64,000 nucleotides of DNA, taken from NCBI RefSeq assembly GCF_009914755.1, contig NC_060927.1. The stretch is one strand, 5' to 3'. The position numbers and the translations under genes are program-made. This DNA comes from the human T2T-CHM13v2.0 reference genome, Homo sapiens. The notes under the pieces were generated by a model, which made no database searches, was not told the DNA's origin, and saw only the letters and a program-made list of their open reading frames with translations. Below, piece after piece: positions 11,868 to 25,931 of this stretch (position 1 is the stretch's first letter; each line of letters starts with the position of its first letter).

Positions 11868-13616
11868 TTGGATAATAACTCTTTATCAAATATATGGTTT
11901 GTAAATATTTTCTTCCATTCCATAGGTTGCCTTTTCATTTTGTTGATTGTTTTCTTCACCACGAGGAAGCTTTATGGTTTGATGCAATCACAGTTTTCTG
12001 TTTTTGTTTTGTTGCCTGTGTTTTTGGTGTCATGTACAAGAAGTCATTGCCAAGCCCAGTGTCAAGAAGCTTCTATCCTCTTTTTTCTACTAGAAGTTGT
12101 ATGGTTTCAGGTCTTATGTTTAAGTCCCTATTCCACTTTGAGTTGATTTTTGTGTCTGGTATAATGGCCTAATTTTATTCTTCTGCATACGGATACCCAA
12201 TTTTCCCAGCACCATTTATTGAAGAGGCTTTCCTTCCCCATTGTGTATTCATGGCACTCTTGTCAAACATTAGTTGAATTTTTGTGCATGACTTCATTTC
12301 TCACACTTTATCCTGTTCCACTGGTCGATATGTCTGTTTCTATAACAGCACTACACTGTTTTGATTACTGTAGCTTTGTACTGAGTTATAAGATCAGGAA
12401 GGGTGATGTCTCCGGCTTTGTTTTTTCTCAAAATTGCTTTGCTGATTCATGGTCTTTGTGGTTTCACATGAATTTTAAGATTTTATTCTATTGCTGTGAA
12501 AGTTGCCATTGGGATTTTGATAGCGATTACATTGAACCTGTAAATTGCTTTGGGAATTATGGATATTTTAACAGTATTAATTCTTCCAATCCATGAACAT
12601 AGAATGTGTTTCCATTTATTTGTGTCTACTTTAATTTCTTTTATAAATGTTTTATAAATTTTAGTATATAGGTCTTTCACCTCTTTATTTAAATCAATTC
12701 CTATTTTATTAACTTTGATGCTATTTTAAATAGCATTGTTTTTGTATTTTCCTTTTCAGATTGCTTATTGTTAGTATATAGAAACATAACTGAGTTACTT
12801 TGATCTTGAGTCCTACAACTTTACTAAATTCTAACAAGTTTTTTGTGGGGAATCTTTAGGATTTTCTATATATAATATCATGTAATCTGAAAATAGAGAA
12901 TATTTTTCTTCCTTCTGTCTAATTTGGTTGCCTTTTATTTCTTTTTCTTGCCTAATTGCTCTATGGCTTTTAGTATTATGACAAATAGAAGTGGTGAGAG
13001 TCAGTATTTTTGCCTTGCACCAGATCTTATAAGAAAAAGTTTTAAGTTTCTCACCTTTGAGTGTGATGTTAGGTGTGGGCTTTTCATTTACAGCCATTAT
13101 GGTATTCAATTAAATTTTTCTATACCTAATTTATTGAGGTTGTTTCATCATATAAGAATGTTGAATTTTGTCAGATTGTTTTTTCTGCATCTCTACATGA
13201 TCATAGAAATTTTATTCTTTATTCATTTAATGTTGTGTGTCATATTTACTAATTTGCATATGATGAACCATCCTTGCATCCCAGGGATAACTTCCATTTG
13301 GTCATGACATATGATCTTTTAAATATGCTATTATATTTGGTTTGCTAACATTTTGCTGTGTAGTTTTGCATCAATTTTCATCAGCGATATTGGCCCCTAG
13401 TTTTCTTTCCTTGTGATATCCTTGTCTGATGTTGTTATGATAATGTTGACCTCATGAATTTAGATGGGTTTCCTCTTCTGTTTTTTGGAAGAGTTTAAGA
13501 TGGATCGATATTAAATGTTTTTGAAATGTTTGGCAGAATTTAAATGTAAAGTCATCTGAACCTAGTCTTTTCTTTATTGGGAGGTTTGTGGTTATGTACT
13601 CAATCTCCTCTCTTTT

Positions 13617-13750
13617 ATTTATTTATTTTTTATTTTACTTTAAGTTCTAGGGTACATGTGCAGAACGTGCAGGTTTGTTACATATGTATACATGTGCCAT
13701 GTTGGTGTGATGCACCTGTTAACTCGTCATTTACATTAGGTATATCTCCT
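13617..13750 (-). mobile_element. Very short (about 134 bp) L1PA 3' end insertion with TSD
   Basis: TSD aatctcctctctttt at 13602-13616 and 13751-13765, followed by AA (TTTT/AA endonuclease site). Confidence 0.94.
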
Positions 13751-14734
13751 AATCTCCTCTCTTTTAATTGGTCTGTTCAGCTCTGCATTACTTCTTGATT
13801 TAGTCTTGCTAGGTTGTATGTTTCTAGGAATTTATCTATTTCTTCAAGGTTGTTCACTTTGTTGGTGTGTAATTATTCCTAACAGTCCCTCATAATCTTT
13901 TTTATTTGTCATTGGTCATAATGACTCTCATTCCATTTCTGATTCTATTTGAGTCTACACTCTTTTACTTAGTCTAGCTAAGGATTTTGTCAATTTTGTT
14001 TATCTTTTCAAGAAACGGACTCTTAGTTTTATGCATGTTTTTCTATTGTCATTCTTACTTTCATTTTATTTCTGCTCTAATTTTTGTTATTTCTTATCTT
14101 CTTATAACTTTGGATTTTGTATGCTCTACATTTTCTAGTTTTTTTTTTGAGCTACAATATTAGGTTGTTTATTTGAGATCTTTCTTCTTTCATGGAGGCA
14201 CTTGTCAGTTTAAAATTCCTCTTAGTATGGTTTTTGAAGTTTTGGCATGGTGGGTCTTATTTTTATTTGTCTCAGGACATATTCAATTTTCCTTTTGATT
14301 TCTTCTATGGTTCAATTGTTGTTCAAGGGTGTTTTATAATTTCCAAGTATTTGCGAATTTTTTCACTTTATTTTTGTTATTCATTTTCAGTTTAATTTTA
14401 ATGTGGTCAGAAAAGAGACTTGAAATTACTCAAACTTTCCTAAGCATATTAAAACTTGCTTTGTAACCCACATGTAATCCATCTTGGAGTGTTACATGTG
14501 CACTTCAGAAGAATGTGTATTTTGCTTCCATTGGGTGGAATGTTCTGTATATGGTGTCTGTTAGGTTCATTTAATCTAAAGTGTTGTAACATCTTGCTGT
14601 TTTCTTGTTGATTTTCTGTCTGGATCTGTACATTATTATAGGTAAAGTATTAAAGTTTCCTATTATCTTATAGATAAATTTTTATCCCATTAGATATGTC
14701 AATATTTACATATTTACATCCTCTGATGTTGGCA

Positions 14735-14805
14735 ACACACACGTGTGTGTGTGTGTATATATATATACACACACATACATACGCACATATATATGCACAC
14801 ACATA
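14735..14805. repeat. Compound (CA)/(TG)/(TA) microsatellite
   Basis: Alternating purine-pyrimidine tract seen directly. Confidence 0.9.
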
Positions 14806-14987
14806 AATAATTCACATATCTTCCCGTTGAATTTATTATTTTATTATTATGTAATGATCCTTTGTGTCTCTTATGAACAGTTTTCTTATAATTCTACTTT
14901 TCTGACATGACTATAGCTAGCCTTATCTGCTTAGGTTTTCATTTGCATAAAATATGTCTGCATTCCCTCACTTTCAGCCAATGTGTA

Positions 14988-15274
<287 letters not shown>

Positions 15275-17141
15275 AAGATGTGTATCTTTAAATCTAAGTG
15301 TGTCTCCTATAGATAGCATAGAGTTGGATTTTATCATTTTCTAAATTTAGCCACTCTATTATTTTTATTGGTGAGATTAATAAATTTACAGTTAAAGTAA
15401 TAATTCATACTATTGTCATTTAGTTGTTTTCTGTCTTGTAGTTCTTTTGTTCCCCTCTTGTCATTTTATGTGATATAATCACTTTTTGTAGTGACATACT
15501 TTCTTTTCTTTTGTGTCTGTGTCTGCTATATGTTTTCTCATTGTAGTTACCATGAAACTTACATAAAATTTTAATATTTATAACAGTTTATTTTAAGCTG
15601 ATAGCAGCAACTTAGAGCATACACACAAACTACACTCTTAGTCCTCCACACACACTTTATGTTATTGATGGATTTACTTCTTTTTATATTGTGTATCCGT
15701 TAACACATTTTTATAGCTATTTTAATACCTCTTTTAATTTTATGGTATAATTAAAAGGGATTTCTGGACCACCATTATAGTAATAATTACATTATAACAT
15801 TATTCAATATATAGAACTCTATATGTTTACTTTTATCAGTGACATTTATACTCTCATATGTTTTCATGTTGCTGGCTTTTTTTTTTTTGGTCATGTCTTT
15901 TAACTTGAAAAACTTCCTTTATCACTTTTTCAAAGGCAAGAATAGTTGTAATGAACTTCCTCCATTTTTGTTTGTTTGGAAAAGTCTTTACCTCTCCTTT
16001 TTTAAAGGACAGTTTTTGCCAGGTATACTATTTTTGATTGAAAGATTTTCTTTTTTTTCCTTTTATAGCACTTTGAATATATCATTCTACTTTTTTCTGG
16101 CCTGGCAGGTTTCTGCTACAAAATCTGCTGATAATCTCATTAGGTTTCCCCTGTATGTGACAAGTTGCTATTTGCTTGCTGCTTCCAAAATTCTCTCTTC
16201 ATCTTTGACTTTTGACAATTTTATATGTCTCAATGTAGATCTCTTCACATTTAATCTACTTTGAATCCTTCGGATTCCATAAATATTTATGTCTATTCCT
16301 CTCCCAAGTTTTGAAAAAAATTCAGCTATTATTCCTTTAAATACATTTTTTGCTTGTTTTTTCTCCTTGTTGGAATTTCATAATCATATATTGGTTCACA
16401 CGATGATGTCCCATAAGTCCCATAGGCTTTATTCACTCTTTACTATTCTTTTATTGTCATTGTTTTTCTGCCCAGATAATTTCAAGTGGCCTATATTTGG
16501 GTTTACTGATGATTTTGTTCAACTGATTCTGCTGTTGAAGCTATTAAATTTTTCAGTTCAGTCATTATGTTCTTCAGATCTAAATATTTTATGGTTGCTG
16601 TCTCTTTGTTGAACTTCTACTTTTGTTCATGTATTATTTTCCTGATATATTGCAATTGTCTGTCTGCATTTTCTTGCATCTCATCGAGCTTCTTTAAAGG
16701 GACTATTTTGAAGTTTTTTTCTTTTCTGTCAGGAAGTTTATAGGACCTATTTCTTTAGGGTTGATTACTGGAGCTTTATTTTCTTTAACTTTGGTGGCAT
16801 CATGATTCCCTGATTATTCATGATCTGGTGTCTCCACATTAGAGGGGAGATGTGGGTAATGTGAAGCTGTTCTTCTTACTCTTTTCAACATATCTTGTCT
16901 TTCTTTCTGTGCTCTAATAGAGCACTGTGACCTCTTATTGTGTTCCAAAGCTTTCTTGGAGGTATTTTCATCCTTACATGGTCATTAATTTGTATTTTGT
17001 GGAGGCATGGGGGCTGGAAATTCTTACTTTGACATCTTGCTGATGTTACTCCTGTAATCATTTTAAAATTCAATCTGAACATTACCTTTTTGTATAAAAA
17101 CATCCCAATAACTTTAAGAAAATTACAAAAGTCCATAGTTT

Positions 17142-17837
17142 TGTTACAGTAGGCAGCCATGAACAAGGACAGGCCCTCCAACCCCACCACCAGGAATGTC
17201 AAGCAACCATCAGGTGATGGTCAGGCTGTCATTAAACTGTCTCTCTAAAATAATCATTGGCCACAGTCAGTACCAGGGAAAGGCAGCCTTCCAATAGATA
17301 GAAAAACACCTGAAACATGATCAGCAGCTTCCTGATAAGATCTCAGGAGTTGGGCAAGTTGGCTCAAGCATGTGCACTAAGAGGCTAGCTAAATGGTGGA
17401 CTTTAACTGGTATATGCCCTTCTAGAAACATTCTAGAAGAGAAGAATGTGGCAAGGGAGCATGTGTACAACTCCATAAACACACTGTGCATGTGCCCCCT
17501 CCTAAGTGCTGGCAGGCCACCACACATGCAGAAAGCCCACCTCAAGGGAAGAACTGGGGGGAAAAGAAATGCAAGATCCCAGAGGCATGTCAACACATAA
17601 AACCCGAAGTCAAAAGTCAAATCACACACTTGTCCTCAAGTTGCATGCTTGGTCCTCTTCCAAGTGTACTTTACTTTTCTTCATTCCTGTCCTAAAACGT
17701 TTTAATAAACTTTCCCTTCTGCTCTAAAACTTGCCTTGGTCTCTCACTTTGTCTTCTGCCCCTCAGTTGAATTCTTTCTTCTAAGGAGGCAACAATTGAG
17801 CTTATAGCAGATGTGTACAGATTTGCCACCCCTAACA
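17142..17837 (+). mobile_element. MER50 (ERV1) solo LTR
   Basis: TG...CA termini (tgttacagtagg...cctaaca) and a 4-bp TSD gttt at 17138-41 and 17838-41. AATAAA at about 17704. MER50 motif accatcaggtgatggtcaggc. Confidence 0.88.
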
Positions 17838-17844
17838 GTTTGAC

Positions 17845-18170
17845 CAAAACACCTTATATGATCTGGCACTTATTTATTTCACTATGCTTATTCATAATCT
17901 TCTTTCACTTGATTTCAGTCGTTTAAAACATAGCAACTTTTTAAAATTTATTTATATAAGTCATATTTTATTCTACCTTAAGGAGATCTTACATTCTGTT
18001 GCTTCCTCTGGAGAGTTTCCTACTTCCCCCTTCCCCCATCTTTATCAACTTAACTTCAAGTTATCCTTCAGTCCTCAGCTTATAGTCATTTCTTTAAAGA
18101 ATCCCAAGGTATGGCATATTATACATTCTCAACAAATATTAGTAAATCAATGAATAAATAGATAAATACA
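17845..18170 (+). mobile_element. L2 fragment (3' end), probably split by the MER50
   Basis: Ends with an L2-like tail (ttctcaacaaatattagtaaatcaatgaataaat). Confidence 0.5.
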
Positions 18171-18536
18171 ATTTTCCTCCAAATTTTCTAGTTTTGATCA
18201 ATTACTTCTGATATTTACTCTCAATGTACTTTATATTTTTTATAATTATTACCACAATAATTACTCAGTTGTGAAATGAGCTGTTTAATGTATACATGTC
18301 TTGCTTTATTACGAGCTCTATGAATGTAGGGGCCATGTTGGTGTTATTCATGATATTATTCCCAGTTTGAGTAAATATTTGTCCAGTGAAATATATCAAC
18401 CATAGAATGGAGATAAAGCTTTCATAATAAAAGTTCTAACATGACACATAGCCACAATTTGACAAATATGGAAAAACTCCGACTATCCAGAGATTTTCTA
18501 AAAGTGTAAGAAATTTTACCAATAGCAGAACACTAA

Positions 18537-18849
<313 letters not shown>

Positions 18850-20365
18850 AATGTAATTTTTAAGATAATTTGTCATCTCAAAATCTAGTATATGGTAGTA
18901 ATAATAATGGTTAGTGAACCTAATTATGTCTTATTTAAACATTGAAATCTGGTTGGTGAAGTAGAAGCTGTATGAATCATAGATGAGAATGGGCATGTCA
19001 GGACTTAATCTTTTTTCTGCTCTAACGTGTTGAACATCTTTCATGTAATAGGATGTGTTAATTGAGGATTTTTCCTTTTGACTGAAGCCTCATTAGTGAG
19101 AATAATAGATGACAACATAGGTGCTAGACATATTTACAGGACTTGGTACAGTAGCAAAATTGGTTTTCTGGCCTTACCCCTTAACCTCCAGCCTGTATGA
19201 AAAAAAAAAAAAAAAGCCAAAGACTTTTGGGAGAAAAGTTTTGAAGTTTGTGTGTTTGTTAAAAAGAGTTGTGATTCTGTGCATTTTTTCTCTCAAGCCA
19301 AATGAGGAAATCTTAGAAACAATATAAAGTGAGTGTGTTGGCCTGAAGCAAGACCTGACATTTGACCCCCTTGGTGGAAACCTATTACGCAAAAGAAACC
19401 TGTAGACTTGCTTTATATGAAATCAAAATAAATAAGAAAAATATTCACAGAAATCATCAACCTATCTGCCCAGGAGTTTAATGGTAAGGTGCAATAAGTT
19501 GATGTTCTTGCCTGGGATGGCAAAATATGGCTGGCTGGACCTAAGGAAGAAAAGTGGAGAAAAAGGGCCACAATCAGAACAACTAGCACTTAGACAATTG
19601 AGTGGAGCAAAGCATTTTCATTTATGCCTCTGACAACGGCCATGTTGCAACCATCTTGTAAACTTCCTCCCAACCTCCACAACAAGAAGATATAGCCTAC
19701 TATGACAATACAGCCTGAAGAGAAGAGTCTGGCCCCACTGATTCCCCCAAACTGAAGCCAAATGGAAGTAAAAAATGATATATTTATGTGATATCAAATA
19801 TTGTCTGGGAAGAGTAATGAACTCGTAAAAGCACTCCAAGAGAGAAGCAGCATTTGGGCATTTGCACTAGAGAGGGAATCAATAGCAGATCTTAATAGCA
19901 CCAGTCAAGTAAGACCCTTTCTTTCCTCCCTCCTTCTGCCACTACCCTGGAGTAAAAGTAGCTTAATAAGTAGTAGGAGTTTCGAAAGAAATATATGAGA
20001 AAAGACCACAGATATCTTCTGTCAAGGCTTCTGAGTCTATATGAAACTTAAAATGAGGAGAAGCTTTGAATTAAGAGAATGAAGTTTTGTATTAGAATGA
20101 CTAATCCCTTTATAACATGAAAATTTTCTTTTTAACTGATAAAAGTGACTGAGAAAACTATGAGATTTTTTCACTATGTCATAGACAAGTCTGGAATACA
20201 GTTCTAACTGGGCTTGACTGAAGTAATTCTCTGATAACACTCTACGCAATATGGCCAGTTAAATAAACAAATTACATGATTCTGAGGGAATTTTCTTCAT
20301 TGTGATGCTACATTCTTCAAGCTAGCAAGCAGACATGCAAAATAGGCACTGCCAATCTCAGATGC

Positions 20366-20408
20366 TGTGTGTGTGTGTGTGTGTGTGCGTGTGCACGTGC
20401 GTGCGTGT
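20366..20408. repeat. (TG)n/(CG) microsatellite
   Basis: tgtgtg...tgcgtgtgcacgtgcgtgcgtgt. Confidence 0.9.
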
Positions 20409-21999
20409 AATTGAAAACTAATAGTGGAAAGACAGGGTTCTGAGAAGAATCCATTTGGGTAAAGGGGGCACGAGAGACAACGTTCAGAGGCAACAGTGGC
20501 TAAATTCACAGAAGAAAGGCCCAATTCTCAGTATCAGGTGTATAAGCTCAGTCAGTGTGTGTGCTGAACAGGGCTGGTATTAATTTTTTCCCCATTAGAA
20601 GAGCACAAGACAATTATTTATGTCTACCTCGCCTCTAAACATAATGATCTTATTCTAGAGAGACTGTAAACTATCTAATATCCTTTAACAAATTTTCTGC
20701 TTATATTAAAAAGAGCTGGTTTCCATGGCTTTTCACTAAGAATTCTGATAAACACAGAGGGAAATGCAGGGATTATTCAAATGTCTGTCCTATATTTTGC
20801 AAAGAAAATATTGTGTGTATCATATATGTATAGTCATAGGGCCAGAGACTTTAAAAGGGAAAATGATTCAAGATAATCTGATGGACCCCTGAAACCAATT
20901 TAGTAATTATAATAAAAATTGAAAGGAAACAATGATGTCAGTACCAGAAGAGATGTATGTAAACTTGATCACTATGAGAAATCAAATTGATTAGGAGAAC
21001 ATAGCTTTTCCTTCAAACACAGAAATGCTAGATAAGGAAAAAGACAAATAAAAATATTCCTGAGAGGGAAGGAGGAGGAAAGAAGGTAGGGTTGGGGAGG
21101 GGATAAGGGAGAAAGAAAGAAACCCAAGAGGCAGAGAAAAAAAAAAAGAGAACTCAAAGCCAAAGTAAGGAATACAAGCAACCCATGGTAGTAGCAGAAA
21201 CAGATTTTTGTCTGTCAGGTTTTATTTTTTTAATGCTGCCAGAAGCTGAGTGTAGTAGAACTGGACATAACAGTAATATCTCAGACAGTTTCCATAGTGT
21301 TTGGCAGAAGACACAAGACTCTTGGATCAGAAACTCCTGGGTGAGAGACATGGCATAGCAAGTAGCATGATAGTAATGTTTGCATTGATTCTCCTTGCCT
21401 CCCAAGTACCATGTGTATAATATGGAGGTACATTCCAGTGGATCTTGTGCACACAGTGAATTAGAATCACAGCAATTTCCTGTGTTTCCTGAACACAGGA
21501 AACCTCCAATTTAATAAGGGGCTGCTAGCATACTTGCCCAGGCTTTGCCCTGATGGTGGGTATTCTCTTTATTATCCATCCAGGAAACAATCTGTCCTTT
21601 TCCTAGGCAAAAGATACTATTCTATTATTCATGCCTGTTTGTTATTAAACACAAACACACATGCACATAAGAAGGTAGTTTGTAACAATGCTAGCAATGT
21701 TTCTTTTCAGAAAACATGTAGAAGCACAATATGAAGAATTTTCTCCCAATCATATCGAAGTCACAAAGGACTGGATACATCTCACTTGAGTCATTTTGCC
21801 TTGGCAATCTCTCTCACTATGAGGTCAGTGCCAATACAAAAAAATTGGCAGCTATAAAAACTCTGCCTACTGGTCCAGAAATGCAGGATAGAACAGATTT
21901 GTCTAATCTGTGTTGTGGATGATAAAGGAGGTACCTATGGGAAACTGAAATTTTAATTAGATTAGACATAGCTAAAGAGAGAATTAGGGAATCAGAAGA

Positions 22000-22550
22000 T
22001 ATAATCTAGGAGAAAGTAGCAAAGAAGATTTAATAATGAAAAGTGCAGCAGGAAAGTCAGGATAAAATATAAAAACGTAATATAAATCTAAAGGAGAAAA
22101 ACTAGAGCCAATGGAAAATAGGCAATATGTAAAGAGGAAATAACAGAAATTTTCCTATAAAGACAGGTATCTTCCCATTAAAAAACAAAAACTAAATCTT
22201 TAGCTTGATAATTTTATAATGAAACTGTGGAATATGAAAGATAAAGAGAAAATCTTGAAGAATGTGAGATAATATAGTAATCTCTAGAATCCTCTAGAAT
22301 TTAGAGATTACTATTTAAAAGCTTCAAATTGCTGGGATAAAAAAACCTATTCACCTAGACATCTATATCCATCCAAACTAAAAAAGAAAAATTAAAACAA
22401 AGAATAAGAGTGTTACCTACTCATAAACTATCACTGAGAGGTTTACTTTAGCAAGAGAAGAATTGAAATCTGAATAAAGAGTGGAACATGAAAAGCAATG
22501 GTAAACAAACAACTCAATAAATTAGCTTGGTAAACCTGTTGACTATAAAA
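22000..22550 (+). mobile_element. Very old L1ME-like ORF1-region fragment
   Basis: A-rich, with aaagataaagagaaaatcttgaag (KDKEKILK, an ORF1-like motif). Confidence 0.45.
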
Positions 22551-22558
22551 ACAAAACA

Positions 22559-22866
22559 TGCTGGGCATGGTGGCTCACGCCTCTTATCCCAGCACTTTGG
22601 GAGCCTGAGGCAGGTGGATCACCTGAGGTCAGGAGTTTGAGACCAGCAGAGCCAACATGGTGAAACCCTGTCTCTACTAAAAATATAAAAAATTAGCTGG
22701 ACATGGTGGCAGATACCTGTAATCTCAGCTGCTTGGAAGGCTGAGACAGGAGAATTGCTTGAACCTGGGGGTGGAGGTTGTAGTGAGCCAAGATCGTGCC
22801 ACTGCACTCCAGCCTGGGCAACAGAGCAAGACTCTGTCTCAAAAAACAAAAATGAAAACAAAAAAA
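22559..22866 (+). mobile_element. Alu (AluSx/Sz-like)
   Basis: Sense Alu dimer with cacctgaggtcaggagtttgagacc and an A-rich tail. Confidence 0.95.
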
Positions 22867-23164
22867 CCCTAATTTTTTGGTTTTCATGACAATATTGAAC
22901 TAAATTGCTCAACAAAAACATGGATGACATAGCAGAGCTTGGAGTTTACAGTTAAAATATTTGAAGTTCCTTTACTTGGTAGGATGGAGGATAGAAATAT
23001 TGATAATTTATTATTCTTGTATGTAAGTTCCAAACAGTAGTTGGTTTGTTTATATCCTGCAGTAACTACAGCACCTAAAATGATTTCTGCCATGTATTTT
23101 GTTTGTTTTGTTTAGTAATGACTGTAGCTTCATACGTTTTTGTTTTGTTTTTCCCTTTTCTGTG

Positions 23165-23810
23165 GATAAACTTTTAAATTTATACTAGTTTTAGGTTTGC
23201 AGGACTATTACAAAGATATTACAAACAGTTTCTATATATCCCACACTCAGTTCCTCTATTATTAACATCTTACCTTAACGTAATATATTTGTTACACATA
23301 ATGCGTAAATATGGATACATCATTATTTTGTAAAGCCCATACTTTACTTCAATTTCCTCGGTTTTCTTCTATTCTTTTTTTTTTTCTCTTCCAGTATCCC
23401 ACTTAGGTTACCACATGAAATTTAGTTTTCAACTTTTCTTAGGTTCCTCTTGGCTGTGACAATTTTGCACAATTTTCTTGTTTCTAATAATCTTTTTAAA
23501 ACTTCTGTTTTGAAAAGAAATGGTCAGGTAGTTTTTGTAGAACATCTTTAAATTAGAATTTGCCTCATGTCTTCCTCCTGATTAGGCTAGAGTGATATAT
23601 TTGGTTGAGAAAGACCACAGAAGAAAAATGCCATTCTTATCACATCATATCAAGAGTATAATGATATAGGACTTGTTGTTACTAACCTTGATCACCAGGT
23701 AGTGTTTGTCAATTTTTTTCCCTGTAAAGCTGTTTTCTCCCTTTTCATGCTGTATTCTTTTTTAAGTAAAGTTGTTATGCACAGTTCACATTTTAGAAGT
23801 GGGGTTGTTT
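23165..23810 (-). mobile_element. L1MC-like 3' UTR fragment
   Basis: ttttaggtttgcagga..ttacaaagata...ttcctctattattaacatcttac...gaaagaccacagaag..aaatgccattcttatcacatcatatcaag. Confidence 0.7.
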
Positions 23811-24071
23811 ATAACCTCAGTTTTATAAAAGATATAACTCCTCATTTTAAAAAAATTTAATACAGAAGAATATAAAGAGGAAAGTAACAGTAACAGTTAT
23901 AAATGCAATGAGTATTTTGGAAAATATCATTTTATAAATTTCTATATTCGTACACAAATATATATACACAGATATGCTCACATGGCACATTCAAACATAT
24001 AGTTTTACATGTAAGGAACCATGCTACAATAACTGTATTTTACATTTTTATATGCCCTTTTCGAATGCAGA

Positions 24072-24170
24072 TTTCCTTCTTTCCTTCCTTTTTTCCTTTT
24101 TTACTTTTTTTTTCCTTCCCTCTCTCCCACCCTCCCACCCTCCCTCCTTTCCTCCCTCTCTCCCTCCCTA
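24072..24170. repeat. Polypyrimidine low-complexity tract (CCTT/CCCT)
   Basis: About 100 nt, almost purely C/T. Confidence 0.85.
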
Positions 24171-24351
24171 TTTTTGGCTTACTTTCATGCAACCTTCTTT
24201 CCTAGTACAACCTCTCTTCCAGCCTCAAAGCCAATATTTGCAAGCTGTCATGCATCCTTTTATAGCTACTCTATACTTATGCATTAAGATACAATTATAT
24301 ATGTCATTTTTTAAAAAAGGAGGGATTATATTATGTACTTTATGTCTAGCT

Positions 24352-24870
<519 letters not shown>

Positions 24871-24989
24871 TACTGTTTTATTAAGATGATAACATTTTTT
24901 AACCAACAATAGCCTATAAAAATCTCTCAGTCCCTTAATTCAACTACTATAGCTGCAACTGCCTAAAATTCTATGTTGGAAAGAAAAAC

Positions 24990-25500
24990 CTCATTTTATT
25001 CAGTTGTTTCTCTACTGATGAGCATTTGCCTTCTTTGTCATTACAACGTGCTTCAATGAACATCTTCATTAATGCAATCCTTTGAACTTAGTCTTTTATT
25101 TGTAAAAAAACAGGTTTACAAGAGAAATACTACTGATTCAAAGGGTATATCTATATATATACATTCATTCTTAAATTTTGGTAGCATTCTAAAGTTGTAA
25201 TAATATCTTAGCAATAAGGTATGAAAATACACATTTCTACATTTCGCTGTGACTAATAATTTATATTACTTTTTTATTCTTTGTATTTAAGGAGTATAAA
25301 GTGATATCTCAATATAACTTTTATCTTAATTACCTTCCTGTTATAGTGACTGACTCTTGATGTATGTTTGTGGCCACTGGAATTTTATCTTTTGGGATTT
25401 TGTTTATAGCCTTTGCCCATTTATTCATTAAGATGCTACTCATTTGTAAGAGTTCTTTGTATATTGTACTCTGTCAGATAGATGACAATTTTTTTCATAA
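24990..25500 (-). mobile_element. L1ME-like fragment
   Basis: Degenerate antisense L1 3' region (ttcaatgaacatctt, tataaagtgatatctca, agcctttgcccattt). Confidence 0.5.
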
Positions 25501-25747
25501 TTTCTTTTATTTATTAATTTATTTAGAGTAATTTTATTATATAATTTAAAAATACCTTATTATGATTTTTTCATTTTAAAGTTTCCGAGTTTTCTATTTT
25601 GTATTGCCTCTTTATCCATGAATTACTTCAGAATACATTTCTTAATTTCACAGTATTTAAGTTTTTGCAAACTTTTCATTGTTCCATAGTGTTTACATTT
25701 TTAAATGGCAGTCTTAATCTTCTGCATTTATTTTAAAACTAGTAAAT

Positions 25748-25931
25748 CAGGGGTTCTCAAACTTTGGTGTACATTAAAATGCCATAGAATATTTTCTAAA
25801 GTACCAATTGCTGGACCTGACCTCTCAAATTTCTGTTTCAGTCACTGTGCTGGGCAGACTATTGAGATTTTTAACTAGTTCTTAAGTGATGTTGACCCTA
25901 CTGGTATAGGGACAAGACTTTGAAACCACTT
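25748..25931. mobile_element. MER5A (hAT-Charlie) MITE
   Basis: Terminal inverted repeats caggggttctcaaactt...gactttgaaaccact, about 185 bp, with typical internal motifs. Confidence 0.8.
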
